In this document: positions 32,020-54,166 of the stretch, piece after piece
How positions within the stretch are numbered: position 1 is the stretch's first letter
Layout of the letters: each line of letters opens with the position of its first letter
Origin: the human T2T-CHM13v2.0 reference genome, Homo sapiens
Assembly (NCBI RefSeq): GCF_009914755.1
Contig: NC_060943.1
Direction: 5' to 3' (one strand)
DNA: 64,000 nt
Notes under the pieces: model-generated
What the model was told of the DNA's origin: nothing
Seen by the model: the letters and a program-made list of their open reading frames with translations, nothing else
Databases searched by the model: none
Made by a program: the position numbers and the translations under genes

Positions 32020-33000
32020 TAATGCCTCTATTTTAATATAGTACTGGAAGTATGTGGCATAAATATTAGTCAAAAAAATAGAAAATAGGCTGAGCACGGT
32101 GGCTCATGTCTATAATCCCAGCACTTCAGGAGGCCAAGGCAGCTGGATCACCTGAGGTCAGGAGTTCCAGACCAGCCTGGCCAACTTGGCAAAACCCTGT
32201 CTCTACTAAAAAATACAAAAATTAGCTGAGCGTGGTGGCAGGCACCTGTAATCCTAGCTACTTGGGAGACTAAGGCAGGGAGAATTGCTTGAACCTAGGA
32301 GGCGGAGGTTGCAGTGAGCCAAGCTCATGCCACTGCACTCCAGCCTGGGTGATGGAGTGAGACTCTGTCTCAAAAAAAGAAAAAAAAAAAAAGCATTGAA
32401 ATTGAAGACAAGTAAAAAGTTGCTGTTTGTAGATTATGTAATCTGACATTAAAAAACCATAAACAGTACATTAAAACCTGTCTAAACTAGTAAATGCCCT
32501 TAGTATATTAGCAACATACAAAATTAACATACAAGTATAAGTTATGGTTCCATACACTTAAACTATCTGATAGAAGAGAGGAAGAAAACAATCTTATTTA
32601 CAATAGCATTAGAGTAATAAATTTCTGAAAACAAATTTAACCAAGGAGGTAAAAAGTATTTACAATTAAAAATATATCAATGAAAGAAATTTAAAAAGAC
32701 GTAAATTTTAAAATATTTTGTATCTATGGATTGAAACAATAAATATTTTTGAAGTGCCATATTATTCAAAGTGATCTATAGATTCAGTGAATTCCCAATG
32801 AAAATTTCAGTGTTTTTTTTTTCACAGAAATGCAATTTTAAAATTTACATGAAACTACAATAAACTTTGACTAGCCAAAGCAATCTTGAGGAAAAAGAAA
32901 GCAAAAGAACATCATACTTCATAATGTCAAACTATATTTCAACACTATAGTAATACAAACATAGTGGAATGTGCAGAAAAATTAACAAAAAAACACTACT
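32020..33000 (+). mobile_element. Degraded L1M ORF2 fragment (contains Alu 32088-32392)
   Basis: A-rich L1-like phrases e.g. GTGATCTATAGATTCAGTG, TAGCCAAAGCAATCTTGAG. Confidence 0.65.
32088..32392 (+). mobile_element. Alu
   Basis: Dimer plus poly-A. Confidence 0.95.
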
Positions 33001-33237
33001 GGAACAGAAACCACTACTCTCAAACATTTTAGACATAATACAAAAAGAGAATCTAAAAAGTAGTTTAACAAAGAGTTTTTCAAAATTAGGCAGATACTTG
33101 TTTGTCCCCCAAAACAATGAAAAAGCAGTCAGATTATGCAGTATATTATATGCCATGAAGAGGGTTTTGGCTCACTGTAAGCTTGAACAAAGATCACTGA
33201 GGGGAAAGTAGAATCCTTAAAAAATATAAAAGCATAA

Positions 33238-33591
<354 letters not shown>

Positions 33592-33599
33592 TGAGAAAC

Positions 33600-34930
33600 A
33601 TAACATTTTAAAGTAATGGCTGCATTCTTGTTTTCCACAATGAACATGGGTTTCATTTTCATTGCATCATCAACAGCTTTGGTGTTTTTAAAAAAATTTA
33701 CAGTTTCCATTCTTAATGGATGTGAGGTGATTTTGGTTTTCATTGTTATTTTCATGCATATCTCTACAAATTAGTGATCTTGTGTTCTTAAATGCTTTTT
33801 TTCCAGTTGTGCGTCTTTTTTGATGAAAATTTAGTTCAGTTGTTTTCCCATTTTAAAATCACATTATTCAACTTTATTGTTTAGTTTCAAGAGGTGTTTA
33901 TATATTCTGAATATTAAATCATATCCATGTGATTTGCATACATTTTCATCCATTTCCTAAGAGACATTTTCACTGTATTGAACGTTTTCTCTGATGTGCA
34001 GAAATTTTTTAGTGCAGTTAAATTTTTCTATTTTCTTTCTTGCTCATACATTTAATGTTGTATCTAAGAAAATGCGGCCAAGTCCAATGTCATGTCTTTC
34101 TTCTATATTTTTTTCTAAGGGATTTGTTAGTGGTTCTTTTTTTTTTTAATGTCCAAGTATTTTATTTAAAATGTTTTTTGTATATGGTTCAAGGAAAGGA
34201 CCCAACTTTATTTTACCAGTGTTTCTTTTGTTTTTTTTCAATACAGAGTCTTGCTCTGTTGCCCAGGCTGGAGTGTACCGGTGTAGTCTCAGCTCACTGC
34301 AACCTGTTTCCCGGGTTCAAGCAATTCTTCTGCCTCAACCTCCCAAGTAGCTGGGATTACAGGTGTATGCCACCACACCTGGCTAATTTTTTTGTATTTT
34401 TAGTAGAGATGGGGTTTCCCCATGTTGGCTAGGCTGTATTGATATCCAGTTTCCAATATTATTTTTTAAAGAGATTTTCTTTTCTCTGTTGTGTGCTCAT
34501 GGCACACAACAGATCATATACAGAAGGGTATATTTCTGTGCTGTGTATTCTATTCTTTCATCTTTCATCTGTCTTGTCAGTACCACATTGTTTTTGTTAC
34601 TGTAGCTTTTAATATGTTTTGAAATCAAAAAGTATAATGCCTCTTTATTCTTTTTCATGGGTGTTTGGCTATAGTTTATGATCAAATTTTACAATTTTAA
34701 ACAATATTTCTGTAAAAAACTGTGCTATTGGGATTGTTTAGGGATTATATTAAATGTGTTTATCACTGTCTGTTGTATTGACATATTTGAAAAATTAAAT
34801 TTTTGACCCCTAAGCAAGAAAATGTTGAAGAGCATGTTTTATTTTCATATATTTTTGGATTTTCCAGTTTTACTTTTGCTTTTAGTTCCTAGTTTTATTT
34901 AGTTTTGGCCACAAAACATAGTGTGTAATT
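33600..34930 (-). mobile_element. Degraded L1M fragment (contains partial Alu about 34225-34436)
   Basis: T-rich antisense L1-like phrases e.g. CCATTCTTAATGGATGTGAGGTG, CAGTACCACATTGTTTT. Confidence 0.6.
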
Positions 34931-34943
34931 TTGGTCTTTTAAA

Positions 34944-35235
34944 TTTTATTTGTTGTTTTGAGACAGGAGCTTACTCTGTCACCCAGGTTGGAGTACAGTG
35001 GCATGATTTTGGCTCAACGCAGCCTCAACCTCCTGAGCTCAAGTGATCCTTCCATCTCAGTCTCCTGACTACAGACATGCACTACCATGTCTGGCTAGTG
35101 CAGTTTTTAATTATTTGTAGGGACAGGATTTCACTATGTTGCCCAGGCCTGGTCTCAAACTTGTGGCTCCAAGTGATCCTTCCACCTTGGTGTCTAATGT
35201 GTTGGGATTAAAGGCATGACCCACTGTACCCAGCC
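34944..35235 (-). mobile_element. Old Alu (AluJ-like)
   Basis: Diverged antisense Alu. Confidence 0.85.
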
Positions 35236-35274
35236 AATATTCCTAAATTTAGTAAGACTTGATTTGTGTCCTAA

Positions 35275-35692
<418 letters not shown>

Positions 35693-35854
35693 TTGTTTTT
35701 ATTTTTTAAAGAAGTGTATTCATGTATCATCCTAATAGTCAGTAATCACTTGCTACACCTGTTCCCTGTCTGTGGTACTGCAGTCACTCCACTCCTGTAA
35801 CATTTACCTTTGGTCTCAGCAGACTCAAACTCTCATTGTGAAGTATACCACCAT

Positions 35855-35863
35855 TTCTTTCCT

Positions 35864-35894
<31 letters not shown>

Positions 35895-35980
35895 CTTTTC
35901 TTTTCTTTCCTTTCCTTTCTTTTCTTCTTTCTTTCTTTCTTTCTTTTTTACTTTCTTTCTTTCTTTCTTTCTTTTTCTTT

Positions 35981-36045
<65 letters not shown>

Positions 36046-36078
36046 TTTCTTTCTTTCTTTCCTTCTTTTTCTTTTTTT
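35855..36078. repeat. (TTTC)n array, expanded tail of the adjacent Alu
   Basis: About 220 bp almost pure pyrimidine, inside the Alu TSD. Confidence 0.95.
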
Positions 36079-36358
36079 GAGACAGAGTCTTGCTCTGTTG
36101 CCCAGGCTGGAGTGCAGTGGTACGGTCTCAGCTCACTGCAACCTCCACTTTCTGGGTTCAAGTGATTCTCCTGCCTCAGCCTTCTGAGTAGCTGGGATTA
36201 TAGGTGCCTGCCATCACGCCCAGCTAATTTTTTGTATTTTTAGTAGAGACAGGGTTTCACCATGTTGGCCAGGCTGGTTTCGAACTCCTGACTTTATGAT
36301 CTGCCCGCCTTGGCCTCCAAAGTGCTGGGATTACAGGCATGAGCCACCGCGCCTGACC
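36079..36358 (-). mobile_element. Alu
   Basis: TSD AAGTATACCACCATTTCTTTC at 35841-35861 and 36360-36380. Confidence 0.95.
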
Positions 36359-36626
36359 AAAGTATACCACCATTTCTTTCAGCAGTTTATGTTGTGGGAA
36401 GCTAAATCCAGCATCTGGTAATATCCTAGAAGCCAGAAATAAAGATGTATGTGCCAATATATTTCTTGTCTTTTAAAAACAAAATGAGGAGCTGGCAATT
36501 TACTTCCAAAGGCACTGTGTTTTATTGGGGAACAGGAAGAGCTGTGTTGGGTAACTGTAACAGAAATGTTTTTCATTCTATGTGACTCTTTGCATTGTAC
36601 TCACCTGGGGCGTTGTACACATATAA

Positions 36627-38848
<2,222 letters not shown>

Positions 38849-38861
38849 AAGAAAATTCATA

Positions 38862-39177
<316 letters not shown>

Positions 39178-39182
39178 TCATA

Positions 39183-39620
39183 GTAGAGAGAAACCTTACA
39201 AATGTGTAGAATGTGGCAAAACTCGTTTTAACTAATGCTCACATCTTATTGCATAGAAAAGCATTTATACCTGAAAAAAGGTATACAAATTTAAAAAATG
39301 TGGAAAAGCCATTAAAATCTGTTCACATCTTAACAACAGAGAGTTGATACTTAATAAGAGCATTGTAAGTGCAATTACTGTCAAACAATCTTGTAGAAAA
39401 TATCATCCTTTAAAGTGAATGAGACTAGTCTGAGGAAAAACATTACAAATGTAAAGAGGGTTATAGTGCATTTACTTGTATCACAGATCTTGTTGTACAC
39501 ATTTTATACTAGAGGAAAACCCTGAAGCAGTTGCACCAACTTTGTTCAACATCAGAAATTTATATTGGAGAAAAATCCAGCAAGTGTAATAAATTTGGAA
39601 AAACTTTTTTTTCCCCAAAA
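39183..39620 (+). other. Decayed zinc-finger repeats in the 3'UTR
   Basis: GAGAAACCTTACAAATGTGTAGAATGTGGCAAA, then progressively degenerate finger-like units with stops. Confidence 0.8.
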
Positions 39621-39885
39621 ACTATACCTCAGGAAACAATGGAGAGTTTATATTAACATATATTTTTGCATATGGCCATATGTATAAAAATATTTAATTC
39701 AAAATTGAATTTAAAAAGTCTACATAAATATCATACATAGATATGTATGATATTGAATACATGTATTAAATACATAGAATATGATATTTAATACATAGAA
39801 AAGTCTACATGAATATCAGAATTTACAGTAGAAACAACTAAGACACAAACACTTGAGACATTACACTAAAGTGCTGAGTATAGAA

Positions 39886-39891
39886 AATAAA
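39886..39891 (+). terminator. Candidate poly(A) signal
   Basis: AATAAA followed by GT/T-rich sequence; other AATAAA nearby, usage not determinable from sequence. Confidence 0.35.
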
Positions 39892-39968
39892 ACTAAAGTT
39901 GTTAAATTATTTGTATATAACTTTTAAAAGAGTGGAAGATATTTTGCAAAGTTATATTCAAAGTGTAC

Positions 39969-40278
39969 TTTTTATTTATTTTTTTGAGATGGAGTCTCAC
40001 TTTGTTGCCTACGTTGGAGTTCAGTGGCACAATTTCAGCTTGCTGCCAACTTCGACCTTTGGGTTCAAGCAGTTCTCCTGCCACAGCCTCCTGAGTAGCT
40101 GGGAATACAGGCATACACCAGCATGTCTGGCTATTTTTTTTTTTTTTTTTGTATTTTTAGTAGAGATGAGATTTCACCATTTTGTCCAGGGTGGTCTCAA
40201 ACTCTTCATCTCAAGTGATCTGCCCACCTTGGCCTCCCAGAGTGCTGGGATTGCAGCCATGAGCCACTGCACCCAGCC
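39969..40278 (-). mobile_element. Alu
   Basis: Antisense Alu. Confidence 0.9.
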
Positions 40279-40929
40279 CAAAGTATGCTTTTAAAAATAT
40301 GTATATATATAAAATTTTTGAAAAGCAAATTATGATATAATTCAAGTATCAAATTACTTCATGCTGTTTCATTGTTCCTATTCACATGTGAAAGCATGTG
40401 ATCAATTATTGCTGCATCACATATAGACTCATTAGGTGGAAATTATGGCCTCTTCTGTAAAAAAGTAAGGACATTAAAATGTAAGATGCTTGATGAAAAT
40501 CTAAGTGGAGAGGCTCTTTGTGGTTAACTTATTGAGTGATGTATGAGGTCGATGTTCAGAGTAATATGCCTCTGTATTACAGTGATAGAAAATATTTTTT
40601 AGTTAAAAGTGAATTTATAATAAAATTGTAAATCATTTTAGTGATTGAGCTTTTATGTTATAAAATGCAGTATATTTCAAAATTTTTAAATTATATGTAA
40701 ATTTGATTTTATTTGTTACCATGTTAAGACTATTGTGCATTTAATGAAGCATTATTATGCTATCAACTTTAACCTATCCCACGTTACTCAAGGGTGTAGC
40801 TAAATGAAGGTAGCAGTATGCTATTTAGTAACATAGTGGAATAGCATCTCTAGTAATCTCTTTTGCCAGTAGCTTTAACTGGCAGATAAGTTAATATTGT
40901 TCCCATAGGTTAAATATTTATCCTTTTTT

Positions 40930-41160
40930 TGATATTTAAATTTTTTTCTTATTTTTTTGTGGGTACATAATATGTGTATATATTTATGCAAATCTGGCAT
41001 ATTTTGATAGAGGCATACAATATGTAATAATTACATCAATTACATCAGGGTAAATTATGTAGCCATTACTTGTAACATTTATCTTTTACAAACAACTCAA
41101 TTATGCACTTTTAGTTATTTTAAAGTGTACAATTAAATTGCTATTGACTGCATGGTTATC
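40930..41160 (-). mobile_element. L1M 3' end fragment
   Basis: TTTTGTGGGTACATA...TACAATTAAATTGCTATTGACT. Confidence 0.6.
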
Positions 41161-42195
41161 TTTGTGGTATAAAAATTTATATATAAGTATAAATAAACTC
41201 ATTTCTGAGTCTTAAATAGATATTTTCAATTATTTGTAATATATTTTTATTTGAACATTTGGCCTCTCTGCCTGCAAACACACACAGACTTTTAGCTTTG
41301 ATTTACATAGAGTTAAATGTACACATGTGTGGCTGTAAAGATAAATCTTAGATGTAAGAAAATTATACAGTTATTAAGTGTCTTTGTGTGAATACACCTA
41401 ATTTTTTTGAAGAGTAATATTGGAACAAAAAGAATCATTTTATTAAGGTTGCTAATATACTAGAAAACAAAAAACCTCAAAAATGCTGAAAGCAAATCTA
41501 TACTCTCTTTTTATTGAATTTATTACTGTAAAATTTTATGGCTATAGTTCAGAATCTCCCCATGCAAATTCTCTGTATTTATTTGCCTGGTACTCATGCT
41601 AGGCCCTTAATTTTTTTGTGTGTTTTATATATTTTTTGTTGTATAGTTTATGAAGTATTCATTATGTGAGCTGGTCAGAGATTATAATAAATTTTATAAA
41701 ATTGAGTAATGCACACAAGATAATTTTTAGATATAATTTTAAAATAGTGTATTTACATTTTATTTAGTTAGGGCATTCCATTTTATTAACTGGAGAACCC
41801 TATATAAGCATTTTTTAAAAATTATTGCTTCTTTTCACTTTTATAAGTGACAAGTAAATTTATTAATTGAGTCAATTTGTTCAGGTAAGTACTAGGGAGA
41901 CTTCATAAGTCATGAGGATGTTTTTATATATAAATGTAGCAAACAAATATGAAAGTTCCTCCTGTGTCACAGACGCTCCATAATAAGCCATAAATATTCC
42001 TGCTGGAGTTAGTTTGTATTTTCAAGTCAGAGATGAAAAATATCCATGGTGAAGAAATCTTCATGTGGCGAAGGCATTTTTGTCCAGGCTGCAAAGCTGA
42101 CTCTTAATGAATTTAAAGAGAAATTTTGCTTCTCTTGTTTCTTATCCTGTTTTGTTTGTCTTATGTGTATTCCAAGGTTGTATGCATTACAATGA

Positions 42196-43683
<1,488 letters not shown>

Positions 43684-44304
43684 CGTGCACTCTTTGTGGA
43701 CACCAGGACACAAACTCTCTGTGGAGTCAGCAAGCAAAACGACAGCGGAACACAACAGCAGAAGACCCAGAGACAGAACATGCATACAGGGTGTGAGGAG
43801 GGGAGCTCAGGTCAAACTTCACATTGTCCAGAGAGACAGCAAATTAGAGGAGGAGGAAGGTGATCAGCAGGAGAGACATCTGCAGGGAAAAAAATGTAAC
43901 CCAGAGATAATTTAAAGTTTTTTAAACAAATGAAAAATATTTTAGGGCAAGTGTAAGTTAAGAGGAGGTATTTCAGCAAGACTTAGCATTAGACATAAAA
44001 TCAAACTAATATGGACTGCAATAATTGTTAAAGAAATTTGTATTAACTAGTTGATAAAATCAATGTATACTGCTTGGATCTGCAGTGAACGATAGTTAAC
44101 CACTTTGCAGCGTTTACTGACTACAGTTTTAGGTAAAAATTACGCTATTAGTATTCCAAATTACTAGAGGGATGGGGAAGGGAAGTTGACAGAAAAGTGG
44201 TTCTCAAGTGTATGTTAGTATTGAAGGGTAATTTGTAGAGCTTATATGGTTTAGGTTCAAATGGAGAAAGAATGATTTAAAAACTGAGAGGGGGAGAAGA
44301 ACTA

Positions 44305-45042
<738 letters not shown>

Positions 45043-45093
45043 GATAAAAATTAGGAGTCGATTTCACCATATAGTTTAAAACAAATTCATAGT

Positions 45094-46338
<1,245 letters not shown>

Positions 46339-46359
46339 TCCAAGCCTAAATTTTTTTAT

Positions 46360-46415
46360 TTTCCTGAATGCAATTTAAGGAATTTTATTTCCTGAATGCA
46401 ATTTAAGGAATTTTA
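46360..46415. repeat. Perfect 28-bp tandem duplication
   Basis: TTTCCTGAATGCAATTTAAGGAATTTTA twice. Confidence 0.95.
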
Positions 46416-46676
46416 AATTGACCATTTGTCAATTTAAAAGGGTACTAAGGCTATAAGAACTCAGTCATATGGACGCACACACAGACACACAGAAAATATT
46501 AATCAGGTAAGTTGTGACATCAAGTAGGCAAAAACCCAAATTATTTCTGAAAAGTTTCCTAGTTCATTTTAATATTTCAATATTCTTCTGAATATTCTAC
46601 TTTTTGCCATTTTTTTTTGCTTCCCTCTTTGCTATATAAATGGAAGGCAACACACATCCTATTGTTGAGCTCTTCA

Positions 46677-47153
<477 letters not shown>

Positions 47154-49259
47154 TTACTTTTATTACTAAGTTTGGAAATTTTGTTTACTTAAGTTATTGT
47201 CAGCACAGGCTAATTTCAAACTGTAATATTGGAATTAACAGAGTTTTGTAAGGATTTTTGTTTCTGCAAAATGTCCTCAATGTATGCACAAGTTTTTATA
47301 TCCTAGAAACAATGTTAATTAGGGGACTTTTGTGTAAAATTGGTCTTCAACGGGGTTCAAATCGTGGTGTATATACATATATAAATATATATATATATAA
47401 ATATATAGATGATTTTATTTTTTATGTTTTTAAATTTAAATTTTTTAATTTCTGTGATACATGTGCAAAACATGTAGGTTTGTTACATACGTATACATGT
47501 GCCATGGTGGTTTGCTGCACCTATCAACACATCATCTAGGTTTTAAGCCCCACATGAATTAGGTATTTGTCCTAATGCTCTCCCTCCCATTGCCCCCCAC
47601 ACCCTGACAGGCCCCAGTATGTGATGTTCCCCTTCCTGTCTCCATGTGTTCTCGTCGTTCAGTTCCCACTTATGAGTGAGAAAATGTGGTGTTTGATTTT
47701 CTGTTCCTGTGTTAGTTTGCTGAGAATTATGGCTTCCAATTTCATCCATGCCCCTGCAAAGGACATGAACTCATTCTTTTTTATGGCTGCATAGTATTCT
47801 GTGGTGTATATGTGCCACATTTTCTTATCCAGTCTATCATTGATGGACATTTGGGTTGGTTCCAAGTCTTTGCTACTGTAAAGAGTTCTGCAATAAACAT
47901 ATGTGTGCATGTGTGTTTATAGTATAATGATTTATAATCCTTTGGGTACATACCCAGTAATGGGATTGCTTGGTCGAATGGTATTTCTGGTTCTAGATTC
48001 TTAAGGATTGCCACATTGTCTTCCACAATGGTTGAACTAATTTACAGTCCTACCAACAGTGTAAAAGCATTTCTCCACAGCCTCACGAGCATCTGTTGTT
48101 TCCTGACTTTTTAATAATTGCCATTCTAACTGGCATGAGATAGTATCTCATTGTGGTTTGATTTGCATTTCTCTAACGACTAGTGATGATGAACTTTTTT
48201 TCATACGTTTTTTGGCCACATAAATGTCTTTTGAGAAATGTCTCTTTATATCCTTTGCCCACTTTTTGATGGGGTTGTTTTTTTCTTATAAATTTTTTTA
48301 AGTTCCTTGTATATTCTGGATATTAGACCTTTGTCAGATGAGTATCTTGCAAAATTTTTCTCCCATTCTGTAGGTTGCCTGTTCACTCTGGTGATAGTTT
48401 CTTTTGCTGTGCAGAAGCTCTTTAGTTTGATTAGATCCCATTTGTCAATTTTGGCATTTGTTGCAGTTGCTTTTGTGTTTTAGTAATGAAGTCTTTGCCC
48501 ATACCTATATCCTGAATGGTACTACCTAGATTTTCTTCTAGTGTTTTTGTGGTTTGGGGTTTTACATTTAAGTCTTTAATTTTTCTTGAGTATATTTTTG
48601 TATAAGTTATAAGGAAGGGGTACAGTTTCTGTTTTCTGCATATGGCTAGCCAGCTTTCCCAGCACCATTTATTAAAAAGGGAATCCTTTCCCCATTGCTT
48701 GTTTTTGTCAAGTTTGTGGCAGATAAGATGGTTATAGATGTGTGGTGTTATTTCTGAGGTCTCTGTTCTGTTCCATTGGTCTATATATCTGTTTTGGTAA
48801 CAGTACCATGCTGTTTTGGTTACTGTATCCTTGTAGTATAGTTTGAAGTCAGGTGACGTGATGACTCCAGCTTTGTTCTTTCTGCATAAAATTGTCTTGA
48901 CTATACAGATTCTTTTTTTGGTTCCATATGAAATTTAAAGTAGTTTTTTTCTAATTCTGTGAAGAAAGTCAATGGTAGCTTGATGGGAATAGCATTGAGT
49001 CATAAATTACTTTGGGCAGTATGGCCATTTTCATGATATTGATTATTCCTATCCATGAGCATGGAATTTTTTCCCATTTGTTTGTGTCCTCTCTTATTTC
49101 CATGAGCAGTGTTTTGTAGTTCTTCTTGAAGAGGTCCTTCACATCCCTTGTAAGTTGTATTCCTAGGTATTTTATTCTCTTTGTAGCAATTGTGAATAGG
49201 AGTTCACTCATGATTTGGCCCTCTGCTTGTGTATTGCTGGTGTATAGAAATGCTTGTGA

Positions 49260-49468
49260 TTTTTTTTTTTTTTTTTTTTTGAGACAGAGTCTCACTCTGT
49301 TACCCAGGCTGTAGTGCAGTGGCATGATCTTGGCTCACTGCAACCTCTGCCTCCTGGGTTAAAGCGTTTCTGTTGCCTCAGCCTCCCGAGTAGGTGGACC
49401 TCAGATGATCCACCTGCCTCAGCCTTCCAAAGTGCTGGGATTACAGGCATGAGCCACCATGACCAGCC
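49260..49468 (-). mobile_element. Alu with internal deletion
   Basis: AAATGCTTGTGATTTTT on both sides; right arm jumps to left arm. Confidence 0.9.
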
Positions 49469-49703
49469 AAATGCTTGTGATTTTTACACATTGATTTTGT
49501 ATCCTGAGATTTTCCTGAAGTTACTTATCAGCTCAAGGAGCTTTTGGGTGGAGACGATGGGGTTTTCTAAATATACAATCATGTCATCTGCAAACAGAGA
49601 CAAGTTTACTTCCTCTCTTCCTATTTGAATACCCCTTATTTATTTCTCTTGCCTGATTGCCCTGGCCAAAACTTCCAATACTATGTTGAATAAGAGTGGA
49701 GGA

Positions 49704-50087
<384 letters not shown>

Positions 50088-50881
50088 TCATAAATAGCTC
50101 TTATTATTTTGAGATATGTTCCATCAATACCTAGTTTATTGAGAGTTTTTAGCATGAAGGGGTGTTGAATTTTATCAACAGTCTTTTCTGCATCTATTGA
50201 GATAATCATGTTTTTTGTCATTGGTTCTGTTTATGTGGTGGATTATTTTATTGATTTGCATATGTTGAACCAGCCTTGCATCCCAGGGATGAAGCCGACT
50301 TGGTCGTGGTGGATAAGCTTTTTGATGCGCTGCTGGAATTGGTTTGCCAGTATTTTATTGAGGATTTTCACTTCAATATTATTCAGGGATATTGGCCTGA
50401 AATTTTCTTTTTCTGTTGTGTCTCTGCCAGGTTTTGGAATCAGGATGATGCTGGCCTCATAAAATGAGTTAGGAAGGAGTCCCTCTTCTTCCATTGTTTG
50501 GAATAGTTTCAGAAGGAATGATACCAGCTCCTCTTTGTATCTCTGATAGAATTTGGCTGTGAATCCATGTGGTCCTGGGCTTTTTTTGGTTGGTAGGCTA
50601 TTAATTACTGCCTCAATTTCAGAACTTGTTATTGGTCTATTCAGGGATTTGACTTCTTCCTGGTTTAGTCTTGGGAGGGTGTGTGTATGTGTCCAGGAAT
50701 TTATCCATTTTTTTCTAAATTTTCTAGTTTATTTGCAAAGAGGTGTTTATAGTATTCTCTGTTGGTAGTTTGTATTTCTGTCAGATCAGTGGTGATATCC
50801 TATTTATCATTTTTATTGTGTCTATTTGATTCTTCTCTCTTTTCTTTATTAGTCTAGCTGGCAGTCTATGTATTTTGTCTA

Positions 50882-51013
<132 letters not shown>

Positions 51014-51195
51014 CTATAGTTCTTTTAATTGTGATGTTAGGGTGTTGATTTTAGATCCTTTCAGCTTTCTGATGTGGGCATTTGGTGCAATAATTTTCCG
51101 CTTAACACTGCTTTAGCTGTGTTCCAGAGATTCTGGTACTTTGTCTCTTTGTTCTCATTGCTTTCAAGGAACTTCTTTATTTCTGCCTTAATTTT

Positions 51196-52636
51196 TTCTT
51201 TTTCTTTTTTTTTTTTTTATTGATCATTCTTGGGTGTTTCTCACAGAGGGAGATTTGGCAGGGTCATAGGACAATAGTGGAGGGAAGGTCAGCAGATAAA
51301 CAAGTGAACAAAGGTCTCTGGTTTTCCTAGGCAGAGGACCCTGCGGCCTTCCGCAGTGTTTGTGTCCCTGGGTACTTGAGATTAGGGAGTGGTGATGACT
51401 CTTAACGAGCATGCTGCCTTCAAGCATCTGTTTAACAAAGCACATCTTGCACCGCCCTTAATCCATTTAACCCTGAGTGGACACAGCACATGTTTCAGAG
51501 AGCACAGGGTTGGGGGTAAGGTCATAGATCAACAGGATCCCAAGGCAGAAGAATTTTTCTTAGTACAGAACAAAATGAAAAGTCTTCCATGTCTATTTCT
51601 TTCTACACAGACACAACAACCATCCGATTTCTCAATCTTTTCCCCACCTTTCCCCCTTTTCTATTCCACAAAACCGCCATTGTCATCATGACCCGTTCTC
51701 AATGAGCTGTTGGGTACACATCCCAGATGGGGTGGTGGCCGGGCAGAGGGGCTCCTCACTTCCCAGAAGGGGCGACCGGGCAGAGGCGCCCCCCACCTCC
51801 CGGATGGGGTGGCTGGCTGGGCGGGGGCTGGCCCCCCACCTCCCTCCCGGAAGGGGTGGCTGGCCGGGCGGGGGCTGGACCCCCACCTCCCTCCTGGATG
51901 GGGTGGCTGGCCGGGCGGGGGCTGACCCCCACCTCCCTCCCGGATGGGGTGGCTGCCAGGCAGAGACGCTCCTCACTTCCCAGACGGGGTGGCTGCCGGG
52001 CGGAGGGGCTCCTCACTTCTCAGACGGGGCGGCTGCTGGGCGGAGGGGCTCCTCACTTCTCAGACGGGGCGGCCAGGCAGAGACGCTCCTCACCTCCCAG
52101 ACGGGGTCGTGGCCGGGCAGAGGCGCTCCTCACATCCCAGATGGGGTGGCGGGGCAGAGGCGCTCCCCACATCTCAGACGATGGGCGGCCGGCAGAGACG
52201 CTCCTCACTTCCTAGATGGGATGGCAGCCGGGAAGAGGCGTTCCTCACTTCCCAGGCTGGGCAGCCAGGCAGAGGGGCTCCTCACATCCCAGACGATGGG
52301 TGGCCAGGAAGAGACGCTCCTCACTTCCCAGAAGGGGTGGCGGCCGGGCAGAGGCTGCAATCTCGGCACTTTGGGAGGCCAAGGCAGGCAGCTGGGAGGT
52401 GGAGGTTGTAGCGAGCCGAGATCATGCCACTGCACTCCAGCCTGGGCACCATTGAGCACTGAGTGAACGAGACTCCGTCTGCAATCCCGGCACCTCGGGG
52501 GGGCTGAGGCTGGTGGATCACTCGCGGTTAGGAGCTGGAGACCAGCCCAGCCAACACAGCGAAACCCCGTATCCACCAAAAAAAATACGAAAACCAGTCA
52601 GGCACGGCGGCGTGCGCCTGCAATCGCAGGCACTCG
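51196..52636 (-). mobile_element. SVA, 5'-truncated (no hexamer)
   Basis: SINE-R, VNTR, Alu-like region; TSD TATTTCTGCCTTAATTTT at 51178-51195 and 52637-52654. Confidence 0.97.
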
Positions 52637-53695
52637 TATTTCTGCCTTAATTTTGTTATTTACCCAGTAGTCATTCAGTAGCAGATTGTTCAATTTCCAT
52701 GTAGTTGTGCAGTTTGGAGTGAATTTCTTAATCCTGAGTTCTAATTTGATTGCACTGTCATCTGATAGACTGTTTGTTATGATTTCAGTTCTTTTGCATT
52801 TGCTGAGGAGTGTTTTACTTCCAATTATGTGGTTGATTTCAGAATAAGTGCTATGTGGCACTGAGAAGAATGTATATTCTGTTGATTTGGGGTGGAGAGT
52901 TCTGTAGATGTCTATTAGGTTCGTTTGGTCCAGAGCTGAGTTGAAGTCCTGAATATCCTTGCTAATTTTCGGTCTTGTTATCTGTCTAATATTGACACTG
53001 GGGTGTTAAAGTCTCCCACTATTATTGTGTGGGCATCTAAGTTTCATTGTAAGTTACTAAGAACTTGTTTTATCAATCTGGGGGCTCCTGTATTGGCTGC
53101 ATATATATTAAGGATAGTTAGCTCTTCTTGTTGCATTGATCCCTTTACCATTATGTAATGCCCTTCTTTGTCTTTTTTGATCTTTGTTGGTTTAAAGTCT
53201 GTTTTATCAGAGACTAGGATTGCAATCCCTGCTTTTTTTTTTTCTTTCCGTTTGCTTGGTAAGTAAATATTCCTCCATCCCTTTATTTTGAGCCTATGTG
53301 TCTCTCTGCATGTGAGATAGGTCTCCTGCATACAGCGCAGTCTTGACCCTTTATCCAATTTGCCAGTCTGTGTCTTTTAATTGGGGCATTTAGCCTATTT
53401 ACATATAAAATTAATAGTTATGCGTGAATTTGATCCTGTCATCATGATGCTAACTGGTTATATTGCACATTAGTTGATGCAGTTTCTTCATAGTGTCATT
53501 GGACTTTATAGTTCGATGTGTTTTTGCAGTGGCTGGTACTGGTTTTTCCTTTCCATATTTAGTGCTTCCTTCAGGACCTCTTCTAAGGGAGGCCTGGTGG
53601 TGACAAAATCCCTCAGCATTTGCTCGTCTGTAAAGGATTTTCTTTCTCCTTTGCATACGAAGCTTAGTTTGGCTGGATATGAAATTCTGGGTTGA

Positions 53696-54166
<471 letters not shown>

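Noticed and set aside
35772-36187. F/L/S-rich and K/E/R-rich ORFs
   Set aside because: Translations of the (TTTC)n array.
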